A DNA stretch of 64,000 nt. It comes from Candidatus Eiseniibacteriota bacterium. Lineage in GTDB: Bacteria > Eisenbacteria > RBG-16-71-46. Made by a program: the position numbers and the translations under genes. Positions 37,593-47,664 of this stretch are shown one piece after another. Each line of letters starts with the position of its first letter. The stretch's first letter is position 1. Under the pieces are notes generated by a model that saw only the letters and a list, made by a program, of their open reading frames with translations, had not been told where the DNA came from and did no database searches. The stretch is from NCBI GenBank assembly GCA_039917105.1, contig JBDSKE010000251.1, positions 16,035 to 80,034 of the forward strand, written 5' to 3'.

Positions 37593-39979
37593 CTGCGTCT
37601 TCCCCCCAGCAGCCGAAGGCCATTCAGGATGACAATGACGGTGCTGCCTTCATGACCGGAGACGGCCACGGGCAGTTTGAGCGCTCCGAACGGTGTGTGT
37701 TGTCCCACGAACACCCAGGCCACGAGCGTCAGCATGACGCCGGTGGCGATGATCAGATTCTGTTGCACCACCGCCCGAGCGCGCCGGGCCAGGCCGAGTG
37801 CGTAGGGCAGCGAACGCAGGTCGTCGGCCATGAGCACGACATCGGCACTCTCCATCGCAGCATCGCTGCCGATGCCTCCCATGGCGATTCCGACGCTCGC
37901 ACGGGACAGCGCCGGCGCGTCGTTGACGCCGTCCCCGATCATCGCCACGGGTCCATACTTCGCTTCGAGTTCGCCGATGAGGCGCACCTTGTCCTCGGGC
38001 ATGAGCTGGCCATGCTGCTCGTCGACGCCGGTGCGCCGCGCGATCGCTTGCACGGTCTGGTGGCTGTCACCCGACAAAAGGGCCAAATGCTGCACCCCTT
38101 CCCCACGCAGTTCCATGAGCGTCGAAGCGGCGGTCGCGCGCAACTGATCCGCGGCTGCGATCACCCCCCAACGGCCATCACGATGCACGATCATGGCCGT
38201 CTTGGCATCGCCATTGAATGTGTTCACCCGTTCGAGCGCCGCGGCAGGCGCCGGCCGGCCCAGCATCACGAACAGGTCGGGCGTGCCCACCTCGATGCTC
38301 ACGCCACGGTGGACGGCCACCAAGCCCTTGCCCATTTGATTCGTCAACGCCTCGGCTGCTTCGACCACCAGGCCGCGTGATTCGGCTGCACGTACGACCG
38401 CCTGAGCGAGCGGGTGTTGGGACCGTTTCTCCGCCGAGGCCGCCCAGTCCAGAAGTTCGGTCTCGGTCACGCCATCGAGCGGCGCCACATCGGTGACTTC
38501 GAACCGTCCGTGCGTGAGCGTCCCGGTCTTATCGAATGCCACGACCTTCACGCGCCCCAACGCCTCGATGTAGGCCCCGCCTTTGAACAGGATTCCGTTG
38601 CGCGCAGCATTCGCGATGGCCGAGAGGATGGTCGCCGGCGTGGCGATCACCAACGCGCACGGGGATGCGACCACAAGGAGCGTCATGGCGCGATAGAACG
38701 AGGTGTTCCAATCCGCGCCCATCAAGAACGGCGGCACGAACAGCATGAGTGCCGATCCGAAGATGACGACGATGGTGTAGTAACGCCCTACCCAGTCCGC
38801 CATCTCCTCGGTCTTGGACTTCTGTGCCTGCGCCTGTTCCACCAACTGCACGATACGAGCGAGCGCGGTGTCCCCCGCCGCGCGTGTGGCCGTGATCTCG
38901 AGTGCGCCCTGCTGATTGAGCGTTCCCGCGAAAACCATGTCGTTGACGTTCTTCTCGACCGGCACGGATTCACCGGTCAGACTGGACTGGTCGATCAGCG
39001 AGGCGCCCAGCGTCACCACCCCGTCCACCGGTAAGGCCTCGCCGGGTTTGACGATACAAACCTCTCCGATCCGCACGGATTCTGCTTCGACCTCGAACTC
39101 GCGGCCGTCGCGGCGCACCAGCGCCCGAGCGGGGCGAAGTTTGAGCAGCGCGTGCAGGGCGTGGCGCGTCCGCCCCAAGGTGTAAACCTCGAGCGTGTTG
39201 CTCAAGGAGAACAGGAACATCAGGACCGCCGCCTCGGGCAGATAGCGCAGATGGTCGATCGAGCCTGCGCCGACTGCGGCCAGGATCATCAACAGGTTCA
39301 CGTCGAACCGGAACCTCGCCAGCGATTCGATGGTCCCCTTTGCGGCGAACCATCCGCCGCTCACAGCTGCCATGATATACGCCGCATGGCGCGACCACGC
39401 CGGGAAGCTCGTGCGTTCGAGCGCCATGCCGCTGATCAACAGGACGAGGCACACACCGGTGAGGATGACCATGGCGCGGCCCTCGCTCGCCTTCTCCTGT
39501 TCCTCCGGAGTATTGCGAGCGCCCCAGGGCTTGGTGGCCAGCGGTCGCACCACCTCGGCGACGTCGTGAGGCTCGTTGCGACGCGACAGCCGAACACGTC
39601 CCGCGGTCGCCGAGGCGTCGAACTCCGGTTGATCTTCTGGCTGCAGGTGGCCCAAGCGCAGGGCGCATTCCGAGCATGCCTCAAGACTGTCGCGCTTCTC
39701 GCAAACGGTGACGCGCTCGGCGAATACTGACCCCACCTCCGCGGCGAGGATGTCGAGTTCCTCGGGCGTGAGCTTGGTGGGCTCGTACCGCACGCGCAAA
39801 GTGGACTCACGGAAGTCCGCCTCGAGCGTGACGACTCCGGGTTGGGCGCGCAGGCGATCGGCCAGGATCTCGAGACAGCCTGCGTCCCCGGGTGGGATTG
39901 GAGGGTGGGTTGGACGCAGCGTTGGCGCGGGGCTATGGCCCTGATGCAAGAGGCGGGTCATCACCCTGGCAGGATACAC
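37589..39979 (-). CDS. heavy-metal translocating P1B-type ATPase (SPC-type, P1B-4-like; Co/Ni/Zn-class)
   Basis: DKTGTLT phosphorylation motif; TM motif VVASPCALVIATP (SPC rather than CPC); GDGVNDAPAL hinge; N-terminus lacks canonical GMxCxxC but has CLEIL and a CEKRDSLEACSEC cysteine cluster. Confidence 0.85.
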   Translation of the reverse strand: MYPARVMTRLLHQGHSPAPTLRPTHPPIPPGDAGCLEILADRLRAQPGVVTLEADFRESTLRVRYEPTKLTPEELDILAAEVGSVFAERVTVCEKRDSLEACSECALRLGHLQPEDQPEFDASATAGRVRLSRRNEPHDVAEVVRPLATKPWGARNTPEEQEKASEGRAMVILTGVCLVLLISGMALERTSFPAWSRHAAYIMAAVSGGWFAAKGTIESLARFRFDVNLLMILAAVGAGSIDHLRYLPEAAVLMFLFSLSNTLEVYTLGRTRHALHALLKLRPARALVRRDGREFEVEAESVRIGEVCIVKPGEALPVDGVVTLGASLIDQSSLTGESVPVEKNVNDMVFAGTLNQQGALEITATRAAGDTALARIVQLVEQAQAQKSKTEEMADWVGRYYTIVVIFGSALMLFVPPFLMGADWNTSFYRAMTLLVVASPCALVIATPATILSAIANAARNGILFKGGAYIEALGRVKVVAFDKTGTLTHGRFEVTDVAPLDGVTETELLDWAASAEKRSQHPLAQAVVRAAESRGLVVEAAEALTNQMGKGLVAVHRGVSIEVGTPDLFVMLGRPAPAAALERVNTFNGDAKTAMIVHRDGRWGVIAAADQLRATAASTLMELRGEGVQHLALLSGDSHQTVQAIARRTGVDEQHGQLMPEDKVRLIGELEAKYGPVAMIGDGVNDAPALSRASVGIAMGGIGSDAAMESADVVLMADDLRSLPYALGLARRARAVVQQNLIIATGVMLTLVAWVFVGQHTPFGALKLPVAVSGHEGSTVIVILNGLRLLGGRRR

Positions 39980-39997
39980 CGGGCCAGCGCCGAAGGC

Positions 39998-42787
39998 CTA
40001 TCCTCGCACCTTCACCACGGCCCGCGTCCAGTGCCCACCGTCCGCGCCCAGTCGCACGAAGTAAACCCCGGCTCCTGCCACGCCTCCGTCACCGCGGCGA
40101 CCATCCCACGTCATGCGTTGCACTCCAGCGCTCTGCCGCACACCGCGCGCCAGGACACGCACTTCGCGGCCGAGCACGTCGAAGACCACCAACTCCACTT
40201 CACTCGCGCGGACGAGCGTGAACTCCAGTTCAGTCGAATGCGAGAACGGATTGGGGCGCGCACCGCGCAACCCACTTGCCAACGCGATCTCGGGTCCCAC
40301 GGCAACATTGCCCGGCGTTGATGCGGGGTTCGCAGGGTCGCTCCGCGCCAGGAGTTCGTCCGCATCGAGGAACCCATCCCGATCGCGATCCACGCCGAAG
40401 CGCAATCCACTTCCCACCGGTACGCCCATGACGGTGAGTTCGGCGCCCGTTCCTGCGAGCGCGGTCAACTGGGCCGTGCTCCATGCCGCTTCGCTCGCCA
40501 GGTCCGATTGCCATTGTCCGCTGCCGATGTGGCGCCAGCCGCGAGCGGAACCTGCCATGCGCCCCTTGGCGATCAAATCGCAGTTTCCCGCGGTGGACTG
40601 CAGCACCAGCGTGTCGAGCCGCGCGAGCACGGCAGACAGGGAACGATTCGTGCTGTCCAAAGTGACGACCGCTCCTACTGCGGGCGCCATGCCGGTGTTG
40701 AAAGAGAGCAGGAATGCTTCGAGGTCACGCCGAGAGTTGTCCGCAGCCGTGGCGGAGCCCGCGAACGTGAACACGGGCAGACGCAGGAAGGTCACAAGAT
40801 TGTCGAAGGCGCCATCGTGGGCGAATCCGAACCCCCGCTTGCTCACGACGCCGGTGGTATCCCGGAAGCCCCTCTTCGTGTACAAGTTCCGCAGATGCGG
40901 GACCTTCATATCCTGAGCTGCGCGCAGCGCGACGCCGCTGATCAGCACGTTCGAGCCGCCATCTGCAGGCAAGTGGCACTGCGCGCAGCGCAAGGTCCCG
41001 TCGACCGGAGTGTCGGTGAAGAACGTCGCGCCGCGCACCGCGCTGGGCTGGCCCGGGGGTGCGTCGCGTAGCGTGTTATCGAGAAAGCGATTCGGATTGG
41101 GCGGAAAGCGCAGCGCGCTGGCGAACGCACTGAACGCGACGAACTCGGAATCCGCCAACACTGCATTGCGTCCCAAGAGCGAGACGAAAGCCGGTTGGAA
41201 CGCGTTCAGGTCATTCCGATCCCCACGCCAATGCAACAAGCCAGGGCGCATGGAGCGCAGGGTCTGCGTGACCATGGGCCCTTTCATCGGATGGAACCCC
41301 ACCAGTAAGGGATCCACTTGGCCGGGTGGTTTTGCCCCAAAAGTGCCGCGTGGATCACCCAGGTCCCACGCGACCTGGTCCATGTCCCCGAAGAGATGGC
41401 AGCTCGCGCACGATTGATCGCCATGTCCCGAAGTGCGACCCCCATAGAACCAGCGCCGCCCGTTCACGACCTCATCCGGCGTGGGATCGAATCCCAGCGA
41501 GGTGACCGCAGCGCTCTTCAACGATCCCGCATCGAGTGTCTGCAATTCGCCGCGGAAACGCCCGAGCACATAGACGCGTGGGCGTGCCGGGTCCGCCAAT
41601 ACGCCGCTGGGCCCTTCGACCACGGGAACGCGCGCCCGCAATATCCCCGATGCCTGCACGACCGCGAGTCGCGCGGTCGCCATGGAAGTGACATACAGCG
41701 ACTGCCCATCGGGCGCCCAGTCCACCCCGGTGGGCATGCCGATCGCAGAATCCGCCTCACTGGCCGGTCCCGGCGTGACCGCGTAGTTGATGTGGGGATC
41801 GAGGTTCACGAGCGTGGCGGGTCCGCTCGTCGGCACCAGGCTGAGTCGCGTGTCCACGACGTGCCCACGCAGGTTGGGCTCGAACCGAACCGCGTTGCGC
41901 GCTTCGGTTCCTGAGGTGGCGAATGCGCCGGACACGGGGTCGACCGCGAGCCCAAGATTGGTCGCGGCGAGGTCCGTGACTGTGCGGTTGATCACGCGAG
42001 TGTTGGCGTCGATCCGGGCAACATCCACTTCGGAGAGCGAATAACGGATCTTGCTGTTCCACAGGTGTCCCGACTCATCCCGCCAGTTCCCCTGCCCGTC
42101 CTGCTTCGCGATGAGCCCGGTGCGCGGCGCGGGCGGCAGACTCGGGCTCATGGAGGGCTGCGGCGGCGGCAACGAGTCCCCTGCTTCAGACTCAGACAGG
42201 ATCGTGGTGCGATTTCCCGAGGAGAGCACGGCAACGAACACCTGTTGGCCGTCGGCGCTGCGCGCCAATGCTCGCGGTTGCCTGCCCGGGATGGCCACGC
42301 GTGATGGCGCTGCGGAAAGGTTTGCGGGGTCGTACACCATCACCGCATCATCGCCGCTCACGCTCACGAACGCCCGTTCCGGCGTGCCAGCGAACACCAC
42401 ATCGGCCGGCTCATCGCCCACATGCAACGTTGCGCGCACATGCATGGTGTTGAGGTCCACGATGCTCACCGCGTCCGAGAGTTGGTTCACGACCCACGCT
42501 TCGGTGTTCGAGCGTGCGCACACCGACACCGGCTCCAGCCCCACGGGCACGAATCCCACCCGCATGGGGACAGGTCCCGTCAGATCGAACACCGTCAGGC
42601 TGCCATCGGGAGTGTTCACCGCAAGCAAGCGCGTACCATCGGGCGTCAGCGCGAGCGGATGCACATGCGACGTCTCGAAGTGCACGAAGTCGGTGCTCGC
42701 CTGCTGTCGCGACAAGAGCTGCGTCGGCAGGAACGCAAGGCCCGCAACCAAGAGGAGCAGCAAGTAGAGGTAGGGGGAACGACGCAT
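39998..42787 (-). CDS. secreted YVTN-type beta-propeller fused to dihaem cytochrome c peroxidase-like domain, Ca-binding DxDxDG segment and T9SS C-terminal sorting domain
   Basis: Start set at MRRSPYLYLLLLLVAGLAF signal peptide (ATG 42787, CAGGAGC RBS upstream); two CxxCH haem motifs (CASCH, CAQCH); VDRDRDGFLDADE; C-terminal NPFSHSTELEFTLVRASEVELVVFDVLGREVRVL...GVYFVRL T9SS CTD pattern. Confidence 0.7.
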   Translation of the reverse strand: MRRSPYLYLLLLLVAGLAFLPTQLLSRQQASTDFVHFETSHVHPLALTPDGTRLLAVNTPDGSLTVFDLTGPVPMRVGFVPVGLEPVSVCARSNTEAWVVNQLSDAVSIVDLNTMHVRATLHVGDEPADVVFAGTPERAFVSVSGDDAVMVYDPANLSAAPSRVAIPGRQPRALARSADGQQVFVAVLSSGNRTTILSESEAGDSLPPPQPSMSPSLPPAPRTGLIAKQDGQGNWRDESGHLWNSKIRYSLSEVDVARIDANTRVINRTVTDLAATNLGLAVDPVSGAFATSGTEARNAVRFEPNLRGHVVDTRLSLVPTSGPATLVNLDPHINYAVTPGPASEADSAIGMPTGVDWAPDGQSLYVTSMATARLAVVQASGILRARVPVVEGPSGVLADPARPRVYVLGRFRGELQTLDAGSLKSAAVTSLGFDPTPDEVVNGRRWFYGGRTSGHGDQSCASCHLFGDMDQVAWDLGDPRGTFGAKPPGQVDPLLVGFHPMKGPMVTQTLRSMRPGLLHWRGDRNDLNAFQPAFVSLLGRNAVLADSEFVAFSAFASALRFPPNPNRFLDNTLRDAPPGQPSAVRGATFFTDTPVDGTLRCAQCHLPADGGSNVLISGVALRAAQDMKVPHLRNLYTKRGFRDTTGVVSKRGFGFAHDGAFDNLVTFLRLPVFTFAGSATAADNSRRDLEAFLLSFNTGMAPAVGAVVTLDSTNRSLSAVLARLDTLVLQSTAGNCDLIAKGRMAGSARGWRHIGSGQWQSDLASEAAWSTAQLTALAGTGAELTVMGVPVGSGLRFGVDRDRDGFLDADELLARSDPANPASTPGNVAVGPEIALASGLRGARPNPFSHSTELEFTLVRASEVELVVFDVLGREVRVLARGVRQSAGVQRMTWDGRRGDGGVAGAGVYFVRLGADGGHWTRAVVKVRG

Positions 42788-42908
42788 GCAAGCTCCTGAT
42801 GGGCACCCAGTCCATGAGTCGTGAGGACTTGGAGTGTAATGGGTGGGTGGGCCTGCCCGCCATGGAAAAACCACCGGGCTGAGCAGGGGAGCTGATGGAT
42901 TGGGTAGA

Positions 42909-44402
42909 ATGTCCCAATCGACCGGACAACTCACTGCCCCCTCGGCCCCCGACCTCTTAAGGATACGACCCGTGCCCGACACCACCCCGCCCCTCTCGCA
43001 GTCCGTGCCACGCGAGCTCGTGGCCGAGCTGATCGCGATTGCCCGGTCCTCGGGCGCGCACTTCGCGGACGTCTTCGCCGAGCACACCGTGCTGCGCGGA
43101 TTTGCATTCGACGAGGGTCGCTTGAAGACCGGTTCGTATTCGGTGCTGAACGGCGTCGGCGTGCGCGCCATCGTGGACGGGCAGACGGGGTACGCGTATG
43201 CCGATGGATTCGCACCCGCCGACCTGCGCGAGGCCGCGCGCGTTGCGGCGCGCATCGCGCGGGACGGCGCGGCGGGTGGCGCACCGACGGCGTTCCGCGT
43301 GGTCGATGCCCCTGCACCATTCACCCTACGCGAACCCGCGCCACTCGGGCTCGATGAAGCGAAGCAGGTCGAAATGCTTCGTCGCGCTGATGCCGCCGCG
43401 CGCGGACACGATGGCCGCGTGCGCGAAGTGAGTGTCTCCTTGGCCAGTTCGGCCAAGCGTTTCATGATTGCGAACAGCGAGGGGCTGTGGGCCGAGGATG
43501 CCACGTATCTGTCGCGCTTGGTCGTGAGCGCGCTGGCACTCGAGGGCGACCAGCGCCAGGAAGGCTTCGCGGCAGCCGGCGGCAGCGTCGAGGCGTCGTA
43601 CTACGAGCGCGAGCGCACCCCGGAGTCCGTGGCCTTGGAAGCGGCCTCGAGCGCGGTGCTTCTGTTGTCGGCACGCGAGCCTGAGGCCGGTTCGTACCCG
43701 GTGGTCGTGTGCAACGGCTGGGGTGGTGTCATGGTGCACGAGTGCTTCGGTCACAGTATGGAAGGCGACACCATCCGCAAGAAGTCGTCGATCCGCGCCA
43801 CACAGCGGGGCCAACAGGTGGCGGCCAAGGGCGTGACCATCGTGGATTCCGGGCTGATACCCCATTCGCGCGGCTCATTCCGCGTGGACGACGAAGGTAC
43901 ACCGGCGCAGCGCACGGTACTCGTCGAGGACGGCATCCTCGTGGGCTACCTGTGGGACCGACTGAACGCGGTGCTCACGGGCAATGCGCTCACGGGAAAT
44001 GGCCGACGCGCGTCGTACCGCGACTACCCCCTTTGCCGGATGACGAACACCTACATCGAACCGGGCGGGCAGACGCCCGAGGAGTTGATTGCCTCGGTGC
44101 AGCGCGGACTTTTCTGTAAGCGCCTGGGCGGCGGCTCCGTGAGCCCAGCGGATGGAAATTTCTCATTCCAAGTGACCGAAGCGTGGCGCATCGAGAACGG
44201 CAAGCTCACGCACCCGGTGCGCAACGCGACACTCGCGGGCAATGGCAATGACGCGATGCTGCGGATCGACGGTATCGCGAACGACCTGATGATCGACGGC
44301 ACCACGGGCTCATGTGGCAAGGATGGCCAGTGGAAGCCAGTCGGCGTGGGTCAGCCCACGGTACGGTTCAGTGGCATCAACGTTGGAGGGACGGCAGTAT
44401 GA
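42909..44402 (+). CDS. tldD: TldD-family metalloprotease
   Basis: HECFGHSMEGD (HExxxH) metal site; family-typical C-terminal GxC motifs; start chosen at MSQSTGQL. Confidence 0.8.
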   Translation: MSQSTGQLTAPSAPDLLRIRPVPDTTPPLSQSVPRELVAELIAIARSSGAHFADVFAEHTVLRGFAFDEGRLKTGSYSVLNGVGVRAIVDGQTGYAYADGFAPADLREAARVAARIARDGAAGGAPTAFRVVDAPAPFTLREPAPLGLDEAKQVEMLRRADAAARGHDGRVREVSVSLASSAKRFMIANSEGLWAEDATYLSRLVVSALALEGDQRQEGFAAAGGSVEASYYERERTPESVALEAASSAVLLLSAREPEAGSYPVVVCNGWGGVMVHECFGHSMEGDTIRKKSSIRATQRGQQVAAKGVTIVDSGLIPHSRGSFRVDDEGTPAQRTVLVEDGILVGYLWDRLNAVLTGNALTGNGRRASYRDYPLCRMTNTYIEPGGQTPEELIASVQRGLFCKRLGGGSVSPADGNFSFQVTEAWRIENGKLTHPVRNATLAGNGNDAMLRIDGIANDLMIDGTTGSCGKDGQWKPVGVGQPTVRFSGINVGGTAV

Positions 44403-45769
44403 CCACTCGCCACCTTCCTCCCGAACAACTCCTCGCGCATGCGACCCGCGCCCTGGAGTGCGCCAGCGCTGCCGGAGCAGCCCATGCGGATGCCTGCGCC
44501 GAGGCCTCACGCGCCTTCACCGTGCGCGTGCACGGCGGAACCATCGAGACCCTGAAGCAGAGCGGCACGCTTGGCCTGGGACTGCGCGTGATCGTGGGCG
44601 ACGCCGTGGGCTTTGCGAGCGGCACCGACCTCTCCCCCGCGGGGCTCGAGGATCTCGCGCATCGCGCAGTCGCACTTGCACGATTCGCCACGCCCGATTC
44701 CGCCAACGGCACGCCCACTCGCGCCGAGGCGGGCGAGGATTTCGTGGGAGATCTCGAGTTGTTCGATGAGCACGCGCTCGAACTGTCGCCCAATGCCAAG
44801 ATCGCGATGGCGCTCGAACTCGAACGAATCGCGCTCGGGGTGGACACGCGCATCACGCGTTGCGATGGCTCGGCGGTGAGCAGTTCCGGTGGCTCGTTCG
44901 CGATCGCCAACTCCAACGGCATCGCGCGCGCGTGGGAAGGCACCAGCGTGAGCGCGTGGGTCGTGGCGTTGGCCGAGGATGGACCAAAGCAGCAGACGGG
45001 CGTGTATGGCATGACCAAGCGCCACCTGGCCGACCTCCCGAGTATGGAATCGCTGGCGCGGGAAGCCGGGCGACGGGCCGTGGCGCGTATCGGAGCACGC
45101 AGCGTGCCCTCGGCGCGGGTTCCGGTACTGATGCATCCTGAAATCGCGGCCAGTTGGATCAGCGAGATGTATGAAGCATTCAGCGGCGAGGCCGTGCTCA
45201 AGAAGAGCTCGTGGCTCACCGACAAACTCGGCGAGATGGTGGCCTCGCCGAAGTTCTCGTTGATCGATGACGGCACCCGGGCGCGGGGGCTCGGAACCTC
45301 GCCCTACGATGGGGAGGGGCTCCGCACGCGGCGCAATCTGCTCATCGATCGCGGGCGTTGCGCTTCGTTCGCATATGACCATTACCACGCGCGCCGTGCG
45401 AACAGCTCGCCCACGGGCAATGGCATCCGCGGATTCGCGGGCACGCCGGGAATCGGTTTCCACAACTTGTTCGTCGAGAACGGTTCCACCTCGCCCCAGG
45501 CTTTGTTGCGCCAGTTGGACAAGGGCTTCTATTACGATGATCAAGGTTCGTTCGGGTTCAACCCGGTGACCGGCGACTACTCTTACCAAGCGCAGGGTTT
45601 CTGGGTGGAGCATGGCGAGAAAGCGTTCCCGGTCGACGGCGTGACCATTGCTGGCAACTCGCTCGAGATGCTGCGCCACATTGTGGCGGTAGGCGATGAC
45701 CTCGAATGGAAGGGCAGCATCGCGTGTCCCACGCTGTTGATCGAGTCGATGACCGTGAGCGGGGCCTAG
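44399..45769 (+). CDS. pmbA: PmbA/TldE-family protein (TldD partner)
   Basis: TldD/PmbA fold without HExxxH; start ATG 44399 overlaps tldD stop (ATGA). Confidence 0.75.
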   Translation: MTTRHLPPEQLLAHATRALECASAAGAAHADACAEASRAFTVRVHGGTIETLKQSGTLGLGLRVIVGDAVGFASGTDLSPAGLEDLAHRAVALARFATPDSANGTPTRAEAGEDFVGDLELFDEHALELSPNAKIAMALELERIALGVDTRITRCDGSAVSSSGGSFAIANSNGIARAWEGTSVSAWVVALAEDGPKQQTGVYGMTKRHLADLPSMESLAREAGRRAVARIGARSVPSARVPVLMHPEIAASWISEMYEAFSGEAVLKKSSWLTDKLGEMVASPKFSLIDDGTRARGLGTSPYDGEGLRTRRNLLIDRGRCASFAYDHYHARRANSSPTGNGIRGFAGTPGIGFHNLFVENGSTSPQALLRQLDKGFYYDDQGSFGFNPVTGDYSYQAQGFWVEHGEKAFPVDGVTIAGNSLEMLRHIVAVGDDLEWKGSIACPTLLIESMTVSGA

Positions 45770-45785
45770 GGTCGCCTCGGCGCCC

Positions 45786-47003
45786 CTACGAATTGCGGTA
45801 GGTGCTCACCAAAGCCACACCGCGCCGCGGCGAGGGGTCGAACGGCTTGGCATGCCCCAGCCGCACAAGCAACACGGGATCCTCGCCGGTCGCGCCAAAG
45901 CGTTTGGCCAGTGGCGCCCGATGGCGCTCGGATTCGATGGGCGCTGACAGGGGTTGCTGGGCGATGCCCAGTGTCGCCGCCTTGAGCGCCAAGCGCTCGT
46001 AGGTCTGACCCGCCACCACCCAACCCGCGTCGCTGGGACGCGGCAACGTGACGAGTGCGAGCGCGCCCGAACTGCGAATGGCATCCCGTACATCATGCGC
46101 GGCACCCTTGCTTCCCCACTCGAAGAAACGACTACCCGGCCGCAACGCGCGTCCCGCCAACCAGCGAGTCGGACCCGCCAGACCCAAGCGCCCGACGCTC
46201 ACCCCATCACCGCGCCGATGGGCGTCGTCGTCGGAGGTGCGCATCCATCGCACCCGCTCGGATTGTGCGCGGCGTTCCTGGGACCTGGCCCGCGACGCCT
46301 CTTCCACCAGGTCGGCCACACGCGCGATCTCGGCGCGATCCTCGAGCCAGTGCACTCGCACATCGTCGCCAGCCTGGGCAAGGAGTTGTCCGCGATTCTG
46401 CATGGTGATTGCACGGCCGTCGTATGCACGCGGGTTGGTGCGGCGCTCGGTCAGGGCGTGGAACAACACCCGGTCCCGGCGTTGATCGGCGGAAGTCCAT
46501 GATACGCGCGCCACCACAAGTGGTGCTCCGGGCCGCGACGTGAGTCCCCACGGCAGATACTGTGCCGTGGGTTGCAGGCCCCATGCGCGGGCGGCGATCA
46601 GCATATTCTCCAAGGCGCATCCCAAAGACATCTGCGCGAAGCGTTGGTCGGGGTCGCAAGCGGTGAGGACTCGAGTCGGGTCGAGCGTGATCCGCACGTC
46701 CGAGCCTTCGACCTCGAAGCGCCACGGTTGCGAGTTCCAGAAGCTGGGAGCCATGACCGAAGCGCCAATGAGTGATCGCGCCTGCTCGAGCGTCCCCCCG
46801 GGCAACACTTCGGAGAGCGTCCATGGCTGAAGCATGGGGGTCGAGCGCGCCAGGCGCCGAGCCCAGGCGGAATGAGGCTGAAGCGCGCTGTAGGCGGCCG
46901 CGCCACCCAGCATGATCAAGAAGCGGCGGCGATCGAGTGTCGCGGTCACGAACTCGGTCCTGGATTCGGATGGACCTTTGCGGTGACGCGGATCGGCTTC
47001 CAT
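45786..47003 (-). CDS. nitroreductase-fold (two-domain, Acg/SagB-like) protein with twin-arginine (Tat) signal peptide
   Basis: TLDRRRFLIMLGGAAAYSALQPHSAWA Tat signal; nitroreductase-like segments (SFWNSQPWRFEV...); start ATG 47003 uncertain (no clear RBS). Confidence 0.55.
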   Translation of the reverse strand: MEADPRHRKGPSESRTEFVTATLDRRRFLIMLGGAAAYSALQPHSAWARRLARSTPMLQPWTLSEVLPGGTLEQARSLIGASVMAPSFWNSQPWRFEVEGSDVRITLDPTRVLTACDPDQRFAQMSLGCALENMLIAARAWGLQPTAQYLPWGLTSRPGAPLVVARVSWTSADQRRDRVLFHALTERRTNPRAYDGRAITMQNRGQLLAQAGDDVRVHWLEDRAEIARVADLVEEASRARSQERRAQSERVRWMRTSDDDAHRRGDGVSVGRLGLAGPTRWLAGRALRPGSRFFEWGSKGAAHDVRDAIRSSGALALVTLPRPSDAGWVVAGQTYERLALKAATLGIAQQPLSAPIESERHRAPLAKRFGATGEDPVLLVRLGHAKPFDPSPRRGVALVSTYRNS

Positions 47004-47154
47004 GGGGCGCCACGGTGGCGCAATGGCACGGGGCGCGTCAATAACAGCCTCCTTCGGCCCTCGGTAGTCGTGCCCTGGCCGCCCCTCGCCCGCCGTGTCG
47101 GCCCGCCCCGCACCCGGTTGCGTCGCAGTGGGATGCCCCCCTAGCGTTACGTCC

Positions 47155-47664
47155 ATGCTGCCCGCCCGCTTCCTCACCGACGCCTCGCTCGACCGGCTCG
47201 CCCGTTGGCTCCGGTTCCTGGGATACGATGTTCTCACGCATCGCGGAGCGCGCCTCGAAGAGCTGTTCGAGCTGGCCGCACGCGACGGCCGCACCGTCCT
47301 TACGCAGAGCCCGCGGCACCCCAAGCGTTATGCGGATATTCCAGCAATGCAGGTTCCTCGCGATGACGACGCCCTCGCGCTGCGACGGATCGTCGCGGCA
47401 CACGAAGCCACCACGGCGCCATTCACGCGGTGTCCGATCTGCAATGACGCGCTCATGGAAAGAAGCGCCTTCGAGGCCCGCGGCGAAGTCCCGGGGCGCG
47501 TCACTCGCGGGGGCTCACCGCTGCGTTACTGCCCCTCGTGCAGCAAATGGTTCTGGGTTGGCAGCCATGTGGCGCGCATCATCGCCTGGCTGGAGGACGC
47601 TCTTGGGCGGAGCATCGGGATTCCCCTGAATGAACCGCCCGGCCCCCCGAATTCCCTGAAATAG
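47155..47664 (+). CDS. Mut7-C RNase-domain (DUF82, PIN-like) protein with C-terminal zinc ribbon
   Basis: MLPARFLTDASLDRLARWLRFLGYDV N-terminus typical of Mut7-C; CPICNDAL...CPSCSKWFWVGSH zinc ribbon. Confidence 0.6.
   Translation: MLPARFLTDASLDRLARWLRFLGYDVLTHRGARLEELFELAARDGRTVLTQSPRHPKRYADIPAMQVPRDDDALALRRIVAAHEATTAPFTRCPICNDALMERSAFEARGEVPGRVTRGGSPLRYCPSCSKWFWVGSHVARIIAWLEDALGRSIGIPLNEPPGPPNSLK

Noticed and set aside
42909-47003. TldD/PmbA pair next to a nitroreductase-fold (SagB/McbC-like) gene as a possible thiazole/oxazole microcin (TOMM) cluster
   Set aside because: No YcaO cyclodehydratase, docking protein, precursor peptide or transporter is present. The nitroreductase gene is convergent (opposite strand) and carries a Tat signal. 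tldD/pmbA are common housekeeping genes. Treated as independent genes.
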